From a virus, in the IMG/VR virus record IMGVR_UViG_3300037109_000068, positions 1 through 64,000 of that record: a DNA stretch of 64,000 bases, one strand, 5' to 3'. Shown here piece by piece: positions 63,744-64,000 of this stretch. Within the stretch, counting starts at the first letter, position 1. The number at the start of each line of letters is the position of its first letter. The translations under genes and the position numbers were made by a program. The notes beneath the pieces are model-generated. The model was not told the DNA's origin. It searched no databases and worked only from the letters and a program-made list of their open reading frames with translations.

Positions 63744-64000
63744 ACTTCTAAACTTTTATTAATTATGTTTACTATTGGTTGTTCTACATTATTTTCTTTC
63801 TCAAATATTTCAAGATTCTTTTCATAAGACATAGTCACTTCCCATTTACTATCTAATCGACTAACATAAGCAGTTAATCTTTCATTACGTTCTTCAACTA
63901 CATCCAAATGCTCACGTGAAATTACATTTTTTTCAATTGGTAAAAAAACAACTTCAACAGTATTCGTATCAGCATAATACAAATAAACACGTGGTTTATG
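63740..64000 (-). CDS. hypothetical protein (partial; the frame stays open to the right window edge)
   Basis: The track start at 63982 is TTG. The same frame is open through 64000, so the true start is probably outside the window. Confidence 0.4.
   Translation of the reverse strand, partial: HKPRVYLYYADTNTVEVVFLPIEKNVISREHLDVVEERNERLTAYVSRLDSKWEVTMSYEKNLEIFEKENNVEQPIVNIINKSLEV

Overview
AT-rich 64-kb segment of a tailed, siphovirus-type dsDNA phage genome. I saw no rRNA, CRISPR array, integrase or transposase. The host is unknown. One lipoprotein signal (Cys followed by K-K-E-E) and the AT-rich composition hint at a Bacteroidota/Flavobacteriia-type host, but this is unverified.

Layout:
(i) 1-26.35 kb, minus strand. 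Replication and recombination module: gp32-like SSB, clamp loader, a split family-A polymerase plus a UDG-like/3'-5' exonuclease, beta-clamp-like protein, DnaB/DnaC/DnaD-like proteins, primase and an SNF2 helicase. Embedded in it is a 7-deazaguanine DNA-modification cluster: DpdA, a tRNA-like gene, QueF, a PRTase-FolE fusion, QueC, QueE and QueD. Next to the control region lies a run of tiny early genes separated by a conserved GNRA-capped hairpin.
(ii) 26.35-27.92 kb. Non-coding hub containing a ~500-bp alternating purine/pyrimidine low-complexity tract.
(iii) 27.9-60.7 kb, plus strand. TerS, TerL, portal and MuF-like protein, then a DUF2341/LamG/propeller protein, a cluster of small membrane proteins, scaffold/protease, decoration protein and major capsid protein. 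An 8.1-kb, 11-gene glycan-biosynthesis island follows. After it come connector and tail-completion genes, the tail tube, a chaperone with a -1 frameshift, the tape measure, tail-tip and fibre proteins, and a GH25 lysis cassette.
(iv) 60.7-64 kb, minus strand. A convergent block of small genes: ThyX-like, Rad50-like C-terminal half and coiled-coil proteins.

Most unusual signals:
- The glycosylation island sits between the capsid and connector genes, making it a candidate virion-glycosylation system.
- A protein contains 43 consecutive Cys-x-x triplets.
- A hairpin repeat family shows compensatory substitutions.
- A Gpt-like PRTase is fused to FolE inside the deazaguanine cluster.

All functional calls rest on motifs I could read by eye plus gene order. 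No database search was run.
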